Of a stretch of DNA of 64,000 nt, positions 50,831-64,000 are shown in pieces; the stretch's first letter is position 1, and each line of letters opens with the position of its first letter. The notes below the pieces were generated by a model. It was not told where the DNA came from. It was given only the letters and a program-made list of their open reading frames with translations, and ran no database searches. Where the stretch lies: NCBI GenBank assembly GCA_028534125.1, contig CM052817.1:28584001-28648000 (forward strand), read 5' to 3'. Position numbers and translations under genes: made by a program. The DNA comes from Lama glama (Eukaryota).

Positions 50831-53689
50831 GATTTGCCTTTGAGTTCATTCGTTCTGGTTCTAACAACCTTAAACATACAAGTTTACAGATCGGACATAT
50901 CTGTAGATCATCCACTGGAACGACCAATTCTAGACACCTCACTGCCAAATCAGAGGAGAAGATACATTTTTTCAAAGAGCAGGTTAGAAATCGAAAACAT
51001 TTTTCATGGAATTATATTTATAAATCTTAACCGGATTCTATAGTATTATTTAGCCCCACTGTTGAACTATATAGTAGAGTAGATTATGCTGCCTGGCTTA
51101 GAAAAACTAATTGTCACTTTTAATATTATAATGCCATTATTGTCTTTTCACAGGAAAATGCATTTTATTTTTCAATACACCCAAACATACCAAAATGAAC
51201 TTTGATGATCTAGCCTGTTCGTATGCTGGAGGCGGACTGACAGCAGTGCATCTTGAAGAGATTTCCGTTGTGGCTGTTAGGGATGTACAAATTAAACAGT
51301 TCCTGCTGCACCCCTCTAGGTCTTTTCTGTCCCACATTTCTAATTAAAAATTCACGACCTAGGAGGAGAGGTAGAGCTAGGATACCTGGAAGTCATGTAC
51401 CACATCTTATTTCTTTCCCCTTCAGCCATTTGTCCCTGTGTGTTTTTGTTCACTGTCTCCATATTGTTGCCAGTTGAAATTTAAATGCACCAGTGAGATG
51501 TCAATTTCCAATTTAATGATGAAAAGGGGACTAAAAATTCATATGAAAATATTCTAGGACTGTTGGCAGTTTTCTATCCATCCGTATTCCTGAGAAATAC
51601 ACTACTTGAAATACTTAATACTCAGGAAATATTTAGCTCCGGATACAGAAAGATTATCTTCTTACACAGGGTCAAAAGTAAGTACATATTGGAATCATGT
51701 TTCTAAAGCCTAATTTCACCATGAAGCCAGAGTTATTAGAAGCACATCTTCCCTGCAAGGAGAATTTAAAATTTATCAACATACCAGATAACGGACTTTG
51801 TGGCACAGCAGCAACAAATACATAACTTAGTATTTGGGCTTATTCTGATTGCCCTACACACATCAATTACCTTCACTCCCAGACTGTGGATTAGGATGAC
51901 AGGCAGTGTTTAAATTTAGGTCTGTAGTCACTGTTCCACTTCCTAATCACATGGGGTATTACAGACATGTCAAGTATACTGGGAAAATTAGAAACAAATC
52001 TGACTGGGTAAGAATATTCTAAATTAAATGTTTAAAAAACTTACTGAAGATGATATAATTTTAACAGCGAAAGGGAAATTTAGCAGTTTTTTTTTTTACT
52101 TTTGTCCTAACATCATTATAAACAGCAAAAATTATTTTTTAAATATCGAAGAAAGCTAACAAGGAGTTTATGGTTGAAATAAGGAGATTTGAACACTATT
52201 TACAGATAAAGAGAGTCTCCAAAGGCCTTCCAGGATTTTACTCAGAGAATATGAATTAGGAAGATGTGTATATTTCACTGGGCTAAAACTAGATCCCATT
52301 TCTTAAATAGGGCTGGCTGGTTAAAACTGTGTGACACTGATTTGATCTCCTCAGTCCTTTTATGAACTTTTCTCTAGTCACATATTTCCGTATTCAAAAC
52401 TCACTGTAAATCTTACGTTGAGAATGACATAAATCAGATCACTCAGTTTCCTAATCACTAACGTTCTAATTTTTTAACTCCATAATCTCTTTCTCCAAAA
52501 ATGTTGTAACATTAATGATAACACAAGTTTGTCACAGATTTGTTGAATTTTGCCTGATTCTACTTCCCTTTTCTTTTTTCAGATGTTCTTAAGCTTTTTT
52601 AACCTGAATTTTTCCTCTACTTTTTATTTGCTCCCATTAAAAAGAAATAATTTAATGCTTTTTTAAAATTTAGTCATATTTATGTTAAACTTCTTAAAAT
52701 TAGTTCATATAAATACATGTCCTTAAAACATAAATGTATATATGGAATGACAAAAATATCATATTTTGGATATTTGAAGTCATATCAACACATCCATATT
52801 CATATTCTATTTCATCTCTTGTAGAATTAATAAAAGTCTATATGGTGATAAAACATCAGTCTTTTCCTACAGCTACTTTTGACCAGATAGGAAGTAATAC
52901 ATAATGATTTATATAATACAAAATAAATGTTCTGAGACAAAGATGACCTTCTGAAATTATGTTATAAATTGACTTAATCTTAGAGCATTAAAACATATTG
53001 TTTGAATGGTTGTTAAATAGTTTTAAAATTTATATGTATTGAGAGAGAGTACACTTTAAATAACATGTATTAAGTGAATTTGCAGGTCTGTTTACTCTCA
53101 ATTTGGTTTAAGAAGTGTAATCTCTGGCACTAGCCTTTTTTTGTTCTTAAATGCAACCTATTAAATACCCATCAATTCTGTTTGCACTGGACAGCGTACA
53201 CTGAAAGCTAAACTCGTGGATTCTGTCTTCTGCAATTTTGAAGAACAAAAAATTTTGTATATCCTATTATTAATGTGTTTTAGAAGGATAAATCACACAA
53301 GTAATGGCAGTGCAGATACAAGAAAATGTCGACGCAAAATCCCAAGTTAAAAATGAAATAAATAAATACCCTGTAGTAACTGTGGCCAAAAAGGCAATCT
53401 TGGTGACTATTTCCAGTTTTTTTGCTGTTTAGTTGTTTTGTGAAAGAAGTTCACCAGAGATAGGGGTGGTAGGATGTAGCTCAGGAAGGAATTATTGATG
53501 GGAATTCTAAGTGTGCTTTTAGGAAAAGAGAATGAGAGTTATTCAACTCTTCCTCTTGTCATAGGGGGAAGATACGGAGGCTAGCAATATTGAAAATAGT
53601 AAGTGAGACTGTCCAGCACTTTCTCTTCCAGGGCACTACTCCATCTGATGTGTATCTGTATCAATATCCATGCCCGTCTCTACGTATCT

Positions 53690-53872
53690 AGTCACTTAAA
53701 CCTCACAGCTACTCCAAAAAGTCTTCAAATTATTGCCGTTATAATTGCCATTGATAACGAGGCACAGAAAGGGTCACTAACATGCCTAAATTTCTCTCCT
53801 GGTAAATGGAAAAGCTTGGATTTGATTCATGATTCCAGGTCAGAATCTAGATTATTAACAATTGTTTTCTAG
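53690..53872 (-). mobile_element. MIR fragment
   Basis: 'ttaaacctcacagc..gaggcacagaaagggtcactaacatgcctaa'. Confidence 0.6.
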
Positions 53873-53892
53873 AGGATTATTAAGTCTCTCAA

Positions 53893-53936
53893 ACACACTG
53901 CACACACACAGACACACTCACACATACACACACACA
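53893..53936. repeat. Imperfect (CA)n microsatellite
   Basis: acacactgcacacacacagacacactcacacatacacacacaca. Confidence 0.8.
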
Positions 53937-55639
53937 TAATTTATTTGTATGCATGTGAATTTATTTGAAAGTGTATGTATTTGTGATTTCTTACCTTCCT
54001 TGTGGGCTTTATGACCTGTAGATTGATGATCGCTTCTATGAAATAGATGCCCACTTGGCTGAGCTATCACTCAAATTAGTTAACTAGACAGTCTCCATTT
54101 CCTGTGTCTCCTGAGCTATGACCATCTGTTAGCTTTGTGAAATCTTACATAATTAGATGTTGGGAATTTCTGCTGCATAAAGATTAAGCATATTAGTCAG
54201 GAGAGTGTTGATCACAAATAACAGAAACTGAACTTAGTTTAGGGAGCGAAGAGAATCCAGTGCATTACAGAGGTGATGGGAGGGAGGACCAAATAAAGTG
54301 AGAGGACGGCAGAGAAGCAACTGGGCTTGGAAATAACTAGAACCAAGGACTAGAACCTGCTCTCTCACAAACACTCTCTCTTGATCGCTCTCTCCTTCTC
54401 TCTCCCTTCTTCCCTTTCTCTCTAAATTATGTCGGTTTTGTTTCTCCAGTTTCCCTACCTGGTGGGAAACACAGGTACAAACAGTTTGAGACCCTCCCAT
54501 TCCAGGGTTTCTGCCATCAGTAGGCTGGCTCTTTTTCCTAGTTCCCAGTGTTACTGTCCTACAGCAGAGCCGTAATTGTTTTTCATAACTATACAGCTCA
54601 GTCCCAGGCAGATGTGGCGAGAGAGTGGATTATGTGAATATTTAGTGGTTTTCACCGGAGCAGCTGGGGTTAAAAACAAGGAACAGCCCCCAAAAGAAGG
54701 AGGAGGAGGGAAGACAAGAGAAGGAGGGTAATGCTGATAAAACAGAAATTAAATAAATGCAATAAAAATAATTCATGGGCTACCAAACACTAAATGGAAG
54801 GAAATTAGGTGTATTTTTCTTTTTGCTTTTGTTTAAGAAGAACGGGACAGTGGAGTTTTTATGTTAATCAAGATAATAAATCACTATTATTATGAACCAT
54901 TAACAATTTAGTGATACCCTTTGTTAATTCCAGCTGATGGATTGGTGGCCTAATTTTTAATAACTTTAGTCCACATTTATATCATGTATTAGCATTATGT
55001 AAGTAGTTCTAAGACTTACGAAGATTCATATTGCATGAAGAAAGTCACTAGTGGGCACAAGAGTGATAGCATTTCACCGCTTGCTACAGAAATCTCTGCT
55101 CGTAGTTGGACAGCAGGTAAAGTTTGCCTTCCTATGCCCCCTCCACCCATCCGTGAGTACATATGTATATTATATATGTGTGTCCAGTAGGTTGTGGGTT
55201 TCCTAGACAAGACCCTATCACATTCTGTCCAAGTTTTCATTTTCTTTCCATCTAATTGGTTAAGGATAACAAAAGAAGTTCAAACCAAAATTTTCGTTAA
55301 AATCAATTTGTAGATGAAAGTTCTAAGCACCTACACTCTTTTCAATAATAGCACATGTAATCTTACATGCTTATTCTGGAAATATATTCCTATATTTGTT
55401 GCTTAAATCCAAAGTATGCTTCTAATTAAGAATTTGGGGATGTGAGAGACATTGTTTTACTTATTTATTGGTTGGTTTGTTTAAAGGCTTCTAATGCCTC
55501 TCAAATATCTTAGAGGAACCTCATAGACTCCCAATGCTGGGAGGATGACAAACTAGCACAGCATGCAAATTCTATTGCTTAGCCTGACCCTGGAGACACA
55601 ACAGAAGAAAATACGGCCCAGAAGAAGGGACCAAAAGAA

Positions 55640-57470
55640 AGTAGAGTGTTCTTAAATGTATTTGCTTTGTCTAAAGATCAGGATATTGATAATTTTAAGA
55701 AACATACAAAATAATGTGAATATGACTGTGTGTCTTAGTAAGTGACAGATAATCACACACGCACAATTTAGTTTGACAGTATTATCTTTAAAACAGAAGA
55801 GTAAATTTTAATCTAACCAATGGAAGGAAAGATAGGACTAAAAAAATTTTAATGTAGTAAATACAAATGAAATAAGATGGAAGAAGTATTCCAATGTAAT
55901 GTATTTGTAATATATGTAAGTGGATTAAATACACTTACCAAAACAGAGAGATGCTCAGATTAAAAGAAAACTTTAAAAACAGATCCAGCAGTGTGTGCTA
56001 TAAAAGATACACAAAATGATGAAAAAGGAATGAAAATATGGAGAAGAAAAAAAATATTCAGGCAATTATGAATCACAGGAAAAGTAAAACTTCCACATAA
56101 TATCACATAAAATTTAAGGCTAAGGTATAATAAAGTATAAAAATATTATATATTAGTACAATGACACAAAACTTTATCGAATGTAGTGATCATGATTATA
56201 TGCTCATAACAATAGAACTTCAAAAATAAACAAAGCAGCAACTTAGAGAACCACTGGGAGAAATAGATAAATCAACATTTGTATTTAGATTTTTAATGCA
56301 TTCCTCTAAGAAGCTGAAAGATCATGCAGAAAAAAAATATTAAATAAAATTGTACTAGACTTAAACATCACAATTAATAAATTCACTGTATACATGCTTA
56401 TATTTTGTGTGTATGCATATATGTATATAAATATTACATACATTTGATTAACAGAGAACTCCTGTACATGTGTAACATAAGCAAAAGTCAGTGATGATCT
56501 AGTCCAAAATGAAATTTTATAAATGCTAAAACTGTAATAGAACAAAGACTCTGAATTCCAACCCTATGTAACAGAACTTAAAAATTTAAAAATAACGAAA
56601 AAATAAGTACATACTTTGCAAACTAATCAATTAACTTTTTATTGAATAGGAAATCAAAAGAAAAATTACAAAATATTCAGAAATGTAATAAAGTGAAAAT
56701 ACTCAAATTAAATGTATGGGATACAGCTGATATAATCCTTAAAGGTATATTTGCAGCTTTAAATTTATTTATCAGGAAAAAAAAACTGAAAACAAATGAA
56801 TATTCAATTCAAGAAGACAGTGGGAGAGGAATAAAGAAAACCAGAAGAGTAAGAAAGAAAGGAAATAATAAATGTGAGCAGCAATTAATTACATATATTT
56901 TTAAAAGAGGATAAAAGGGAAAGGTCTTTGGAAAAATCAATAATAGAAAATCTTCCAGGAAAGAATAAAAAAATAAGATAAGGGAAGAAGAAAATGAAAC
57001 AAATGAAAATAAGAAAATAGTACAAATGATCAAGATTAAAAGAATTATGAAATGACATATTAATATTGTACATCAGTGAGTTTATTAACATAGGCCAGAG
57101 AAATGAACCATTAGAATCACTGTAAAATGCCAAAATTGAAAAAGTGGGAATCTTGAACAGACCAGTGTTCTTAATAAATTCAAGTGATAGAAAAGCAGAA
57201 AATAGCATGAAGTATGAATAGCATTCAATTATAAGGTTTGATACATATTTCAGAAAGTATGTTTTATAATATGTTTATACATAAAATGCATATTAAAGAG
57301 AATATTATTGGGCAGAGAAAATAGGAGTAAAAAGATCCAGAAGAAGGAATAATCATGCAATGTAATAACACAGAACAGTGCAATACAAAGAGAAATACAG
57401 TAATAAAGCTTTTTTAGATAAACTGTTGATAACATTGTCTATTTCTCCTTCTTCCCCGTAAGACTTTTGT
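55640..57470 (+). mobile_element. Decayed old L1M ORF2 (endonuclease-side) fragments
   Basis: Strong A skew; 'gtaagtggattaaatacac', 'gggagaaatagataaatcaac', 'gtatgggatacagct'; ORF 56642 WDTADIILKGIFAALN resembles L1 ORF2. Confidence 0.75.
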
Positions 57471-58199
57471 GGGCACCAGTCTTCCCTTACAGGGAAATGA
57501 GAGCTTGCCACACATCACATTTTCCTCAAAAAGAGGTACTACAATGTTAGCTAGGTGTTTTTCCCCCCCTATTCATTATCTGTTTTGAAATTTACTCTAT
57601 ACATTTAGATATAGTATATAAATATATCTGAATTTTAATATGTTATCTAGAATTACTCTGAAGGAAGCAAGTGTATCACAATTAAAGTGTATGCATCACT
57701 TGACTGGAAAGCAGGATAACACATGGTCCATTACAATGAAGCCACATGAAAAGAAACATAAATACGATTCCAAGTATCTTGAAGAATAGTGGAAAATCAC
57801 TACTGTTGATTAATTAGAAAGGCAATCCTGGGACACTAACTAGGCAATTTTGCAACTAAAACATCACAGAAATTATTCATAAACACTGATCTACACCCTC
57901 CCCAAAATGTCCCCACTCATAGTAACTGTTAAAATTTCACACAACCTTTTCTAATCTTGCAAGTCTCTTCACTCCTTTGTTCTGTCTAGTCCTGCAGCTC
58001 ATCCTTCTGATCAATGTTCTAGTTCCCAGATCCAAGAGACTTCATTGCCTCCTGACTGAAGGTAGCTTCCAATGATTGGCAGCACCGTCTCACTCCAGGA
58101 TAGTTTCAGGACCAGACATCTCCATGCTCTCTCTCCTCCCTTTTACTGATGGCATTAAAAAAAAAAAGATATTATAAAACATTAACAGAGAATAATATT

Positions 58200-59960
58200 T
58201 TCAACTCTGCTATATCAGTATGAAGATAAAACCTAGCTAACTAAAGATAGGAGATTTTACACACCCATTTACCTTCATCTGTTCCAAGAGCTCCACTAAA
58301 ATCAAAGTGAATGGATTTTTAAAGTCATAAACCCCCAAGACAAAGAGATCAAGAACATATAGCAACATTTTAGAGTCTAGAAAAAAAAAGGCTAGTTGAT
58401 ATAACTAAGAAAGTTGAATTCTAAGCCAGTTTGGGGAGAAATGAAAGAAAAAGAAAAGCAACATGATTCACAACTCAAAACTGGTAAAAGTTTCAGGATT
58501 CCGGAAGCCAGCTGCTTTTGAAAGTAGAAAGGAAGCCAGATCTAAAAATAGGTTAGACTAATATTTGCTTACTAGTTAAAGTCACATGCATCTGAGGTCT
58601 TGAGGTGGGAAGCCCCATAAAAAGACCGGCAGGACCCCCAAGCAGGGCCACTACCCTCCTGCCAGCACCATCCGGTTCCCTGGCCCAGAGGCTCTATCTC
58701 ACTTTTTGCCTCTGAAAGGGCTTACTTACCCCTAAAATTCTACTAGTTCCCTGAGCTCACTTCTAACTGGTTATTTCCTTCACTCATTATTGGTTATTAC
58801 TCTCATTCTAATTGGTCCACTTCCCTAACTTCTGATTGGTCCATTTGTAGTACTTCATTTGCATGGAGCTCACGCCTGTTTGGTTATTTCTCTCACTCCT
58901 GATTGGTCTGTTTCTACAAAGCTTGTTCCTAGTTGGTCAACTTCTGTTATACTTCATTTGCATATGATGTTGCAAAGTGTAAACTGGCAACGTATAAAAG
59001 CCAATGTAAACCTACAGACAGGGTCCAGAGCTTGGAGTGTTAACTCCTCTGGGCCCACTGGCGTAATAAACCTGAGTTCTCCAACTCTTTGAGTGCTGCT
59101 TGGTCTCTTGCCTGGATCCAGGTTGCTGTCACAACTGAGCTGTAACACTGAGCTGTAATACTGAGCTGTAACACATTTTTCCACAGCAGTCTGAATAAGA
59201 GATAGGAAAAAAGCAAAGGGAGAAGCAGCTGGACCCCCAGATCTCATTCCCTTTCTGCAAAGCAAGGTAAAAAAAATCTCAGTACTAGAGATAGCACAGT
59301 CAAGAACTGAAGATTGAAGTCTAATAGGATTTAATGAAAACTTAGCTATAGACCAAAGGCTGAGTCAGCCGCACACCCAACTACCCCCATCTACAATTGT
59401 CCTCAGATATTTAGCTTAAAAACTCCCTAAGCTGGCAGCCAAACTTACGTATATCCTCTAGGTGGGAGATAAGAAATAGCTGATCTAACTTCAGAGAGAC
59501 TGGAGGAGAATTCCTTGGTTGATTGTGATGAGAATGGAGGGTAAGTTCCATGCAGCATTCCTGGAGAACAACTAGTCCAAACTGGCACAGTTCAGGGCAT
59601 TCCAGAGGGAAGACAGAACTGGTAGACTGTCTGAAGCTTATCATTGTGTTGCATGAGAAGGAAGATAGTTTGTAGATGAATTAGTGATAAAGATTTTAAA
59701 ACTATACACATACAAAAAAAACAAGAAAAATAATACCAGGGCCAACAAGTTGTTAGAGGAAATAATTATGTTGTATTACATAGATAAACTCTTTCTAGCT
59801 TCAACATAGTAATATCTCTGTAAACAGTAAACCTTAATCTGATAAAATTATAACTTAACTATACAAAAAAAACAGAAGTATGAGAGCTGCACTATTAGTG
59901 GTGAGCCGTGGTGGTAAAATCAGACTAAACTCTCCCCTGTCTTTCATGGTGGAAATCTGA
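58200..59960 (+). mobile_element. Decayed L1M/HAL1-like 5' fragments flanking LTR copy 2
   Basis: 'ccactaaaat..cataaacccc.aagacaaagag..gcaacatttt' resembles old L1 5' regions; weak. Confidence 0.4.
58601..59188 (+). mobile_element. Solo ERV1-type LTR (588 bp), copy 2
   Basis: TG...CA ends; 4-bp TSD gtct at 58597-58600 and 59189-59192; tataaaa near 58993; aataaa near 59065; reverse-complement homologue of 2928-3504. Confidence 0.92.
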
Positions 59961-60899
59961 TAAATCCTGCAACTGGAAAGTCAAGACGTGAAGGGTGTTA
60001 AGTCCTACATGAGTTGAAAATGATTGCCTTTGGAAAGTATGGATGAGATAGGAAGGTTGAATTCTATTTTCATTCCTAATTTGAATAAACTTTACGGAAC
60101 TATTTAATAATCATTTCTTTGCACTTATAACTTACATGTGAATAAAAGCTAACAAAAATAGAGACAGTGATTAAGGAATAATATAAAAATGACTTTTTCT
60201 TCATTTTTCACATGTTCAAAGATCACAAGAAAATTCAGTTTTGATTTTCAACTATCAACAAATATTTGATTACCGTAAAAAGCTTTGTGTGGGTAGTCCA
60301 AGTGAAAATGAAAATTGCCTTCTTGTATAAATCAAGTTAAGAATGGATTGAGGCAGTGAAACTGGAATTTACTTCTTACTCAGATATGTCCCAAAATAAA
60401 ATAATCATGAATCACAGGAAAACTCACAGGATCTAACTTTCCACTGGAATTTCAATGTACTCTTCTGCTCCTGTGCTGTACAGAGAAATCCTCAGGACTT
60501 TTTGGATCCAAAACAAACCTAACATCCCAACTGATTTTTGCCCTAAGACCATCACTCTCCCTGGGTTTACTTCCTTTTACCAGGTTAGCTACAGACCTTT
60601 AAGAACTTAGTTCCCCAGTATTCAGGGCCACAGTTATTTAAAATGTTAACTTTTCTGTCTTATTTTGAAAAGAATGGAAATGATGAACAACTAAATTAAT
60701 ATTTATTTATTTTTGCTTTGCTGGTGACTTTAAAATTCATTAATAAAAGGTAACATCTCAGTGTTCCTATCTTAAAAACCTATGAAATTCCTTTCAACCT
60801 ATTTTCTATGCTACATTTTCTCCTAGACAGTGTATTGACATGATTTTTGGATAATATTTTAATGAAGAAGTCTTTTCTTTAAGCTGAAAAATAAGGGTG

Positions 60900-61510
60900 C
60901 TGATTAGTAACAAGAACACATATGTAAGAATAAGTCTCACTGGAAAGGTAAATATATAACAAAAGTAGTGGACTGATCACTTAGAAGCTAGTATGCGGTT
61001 AAAAGGCAAAAGCAGTAAAAATAACGATTACAATAGTTAAGGAACACACAAGATAAAAAGGTGCAAAATGTGGCATTTAAAACATAAAATGTTGGATGGG
61101 GGAGTAATAATATTGAGCTTTATAATGGAACCAAACTTAAGTTGTCATCAACTGAAAATGACTGTTATAAGTTGTTATAGGTAAGCCTTACGGTAACCCA
61201 AATCAAAAGCCTGTGGTAAATTCACAAAAGTAAATATGAGCACATCATTAAAGAGTCATCAAACCACAAAGGAAGAGAGCAAGAGAGGAAGAAAGGAATG
61301 GAGAGAAGCTATAAAAACATTCAGAAAACAATTGACAAAACAGCAATAAGCTGCTACATACGGATAACCACTTCAAATGTAAATATGCTGAATTCTCCAA
61401 TCTGAAGACATAGAGAACAGATTGATGGTTGCCAAAGGATGGTAAGTGGGAGAAATGGGTGAACTGTGTTTTTTTTTTCCAGTTTAAACAAATTGAATTT
61501 TTTTAAAATA
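60900..61510 (+). mobile_element. L1M fragment: inter-ORF/ORF2 start joined to a 3' UTR piece
   Basis: 'taagtctcactggaaaggtaaatata', 'cagaaaacaattgacaaaacagcaataag', then 'agagaacagattgatggttgcca'. Confidence 0.75.
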
Positions 61511-61809
61511 CAGCAAATATTTATAATAACTATAAATTGTAGATAACTATATTATAAACCTGTTGTAACTGCAACAATATTGTATACTTCAATAAAAATA
61601 TAAAAGCAAACACAAAATTTTGTAGTAGTTGACAAAGTCAGAAATCAAAATATGTAATACTTATATTCATAACACTACTTTGAATTTTAAATGTTTTCTA
61701 ATGAAAGTATGCTAAACTTAGGACATCTTAGAAAATTTACATAGCCATTCAGTCCTCACCCAATGGCAACAGAATATAATTTGTAAACCTAATCATAAAA
61801 ATATCTGGA

Positions 61810-62350
61810 TTCAACTGATATTCCACATTCAATTAATGATGATTGAGCACTCAGTCGCTATTCTAGGTATTAGAAATAAAGCAGAGAACAAATCAAACCA
61901 AATCCCTGACCTCAGATAGTTTATATTCCACTGGCATCATTTACACTTTTAGGCCAATAGATTTCTCAATGAAATATAAGGATAGTGGAAAGAAGAATAA
62001 AAAGAAAAAAGAGCAGGTAAAGTAAGGGAAGCACACAAAAGCATACAATATCTGTCTATGTCAACACAATGATTCACTTTACACTGTTTGGACATCTGAG
62101 TGGTCGGGGAACGCATAACAGGCACGCATGACTGGGGAGAAAATAACCAGAGTTTAGTGTTGGACTGGTAAATATGAGATGTCAGGCAGACATGCCCAGG
62201 AGATGCAGAGTAGGCAGATGGATATGGGAGTCTAGAATTCATGAGAGGGAGTTCAGTAGTAGACAAAATTTGGAAGTCATTAGCCTATAGGTGATACAAC
62301 ATACAGTAAGTCTGAAATGGATCCCAATGATATTTAAAAGTTTAAACACC
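61810..62350 (-). mobile_element. L2 fragments
   Basis: 'gattgagcactc..atccctgacctcagatagtttatattcca', 'ggcagatggatatgggagtctagaattca'. Confidence 0.7.
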
Positions 62351-64000
62351 ACTAATTTTTCAATCCCCCTTTCCTCCTCTTTTCCTCTTACCCCACACTT
62401 CTTTCTCCTCCACCTTCTTCTTCTTCATCTTTTTTTTTTTTTTGTATGTGTCTATCAGACGGGACAGAGTTAAATTGTAAACATACTCTTCTTTGCCTTT
62501 CTGTAGCTTACTTTATAGCAATTCAGTAAATAAGGTCTTCCTTACTTCTTTCCCATAGTTCAGCTGTATCCTCTGTTTTTACCCACCTGTGTTAAAACTG
62601 AAGCAGACATACGTGTTAATAATTCCCCAGAGAATGTCCAATTTAAGGGTAAAGTAGGCCAGGCCACAAAGGCAAGTTCAGGTTTGACGATCCTGGAGAG
62701 AGATGACTTGGATTTGACTCATTACTTTTACTTTGTGAAAAGCAATTCAAAGTCTCTACAGTTAAGAATAAAAAGAGTGTACACAGTCCCTCAATGCCTC
62801 TTAATGTTCATCAGGGAGACACACCAGTAATTAGATGGGCTCAGTATGTGGCACAAAAGGAGGAATTGGTTGGGTCAGTAGAAAACAGGAATTTTATGCC
62901 ACTTTAAACTAGGGTGCTGGAGCATGTCAGCATTCAAAGGGTCATGCTGTTTCCATAGAAGGAAATTCTTATCCTGCCAAAATTACACATTTCTTTACTC
63001 TTATTCTTACCGAAGCATGAAGTTTCTTTGTAATTTCAGTGCAAGATCCCTGGCCATGCCATGGTGTGACAGAGAAAAATTCACATTTTACTGACGATTT
63101 TCTAAAGGAAACCATGGAGGAGTATTAACATACACACATACAGTCTCATCTGATGTTTCTTTTCTGAAGAGCCCCTGCTGTCATTTCTCTCATAACTTCC
63201 CCTCCCAAGCTACTGGTAGTTTTTCTCATTTGTTATGCAGTGTAGTTGCAGCTGTGGCCCACACACATCATACCACTCAGCAAGGAGTCTTGTGGAGTGC
63301 TTTATCCTAAGAAAGGCTTCTGGGATTATAAATAACAGACAATATTTCCTATCATTCAGTCATTCAAGCAAAACATTGAGAACCAATTGTGTGGATTCAT
63401 GGAGAAGTCTCCTCTGGCCTTCAGGACCATGCCTGTCATGTTCTAAGAACCTTGTGCCTTAAATACCTTCAAACAATCCAATTAGTGTATTGAAGCATTT
63501 ACTGGAAAATTATTTAAAGATTGTGGAGGCTCAGTACCTACAACTTGTGAAAAAGTTAAGTCATAATTAGAGTTTTGCTTTTACATCTGTGCTTAAAATA
63601 AGCATTACTCCTTTACTAATATTATGAACATTTTATGAACATAATTTATCTCCATTGCCCTTCACTTAATCTGTTTCTGTTGATATATGACACATTCTAA
63701 ATTGCTAGAAGTAAGTTATTACAGTGAGCAATTTCTAATTATTTCCTCTGATTAAAGTTCAGATATGTCAAGGAACCTGCTTCCACATGTTGCTGTTTGA
63801 TGGGAGAAACTGCTTTTTAACCTATCTCAGCCATTTAAAAAATATATGAATAGGAGCTTCCATTAATGTCTGTGAAATGCTTTAATTTTTTTGTTTCTTG
63901 TTTCCTTCTGATTTATAGGGGGATAAATTACCAAAGCCATCATATCTTAGAAATAATAAAGTACTACTAGAATGAATAGAAGTATCATATGTTTTATTTA

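Noticed and set aside
2928..59188. The two LTRs as ends of one provirus or giant transposon
   Set aside because: They are inverted, each has its own TSD, and no gag/pol/env lies between them.

Overview
AT-rich, CpG-poor mammalian genomic DNA, intronic or intergenic in character. It is most likely from a camelid: it has two tRNA-Ala-derived Vic-1-like SINEs and young L1 3' ends of camelid type, and I saw no Alu, BovB/Bov-tA or PRE1. I recognise no protein-coding gene or RNA gene. The long ORFs are L1 ORF2 remnants or chance frames. Interspersed repeats dominate: L1, L2, MIR, MaLR/ERVL/ERV1 LTRs, Tigger and hAT elements. Subfamily names come from recalled consensus sequences and boundaries of old elements are approximate. 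Points of most interest: two independent solo copies of one ERV1-type LTR carrying CCAAT arrays and octamer motifs; a 59-bp templated insertion inside an LTR-internal-LTR MaLR element; an L1 whose 5' UTR is fused to the ORF2 end; a SINE with an apparent 3' transduction; a (CG)9 Z-DNA tract; an 18-bp hairpin; and several weak candidate exons. I found no evidence of a new multi-gene system.
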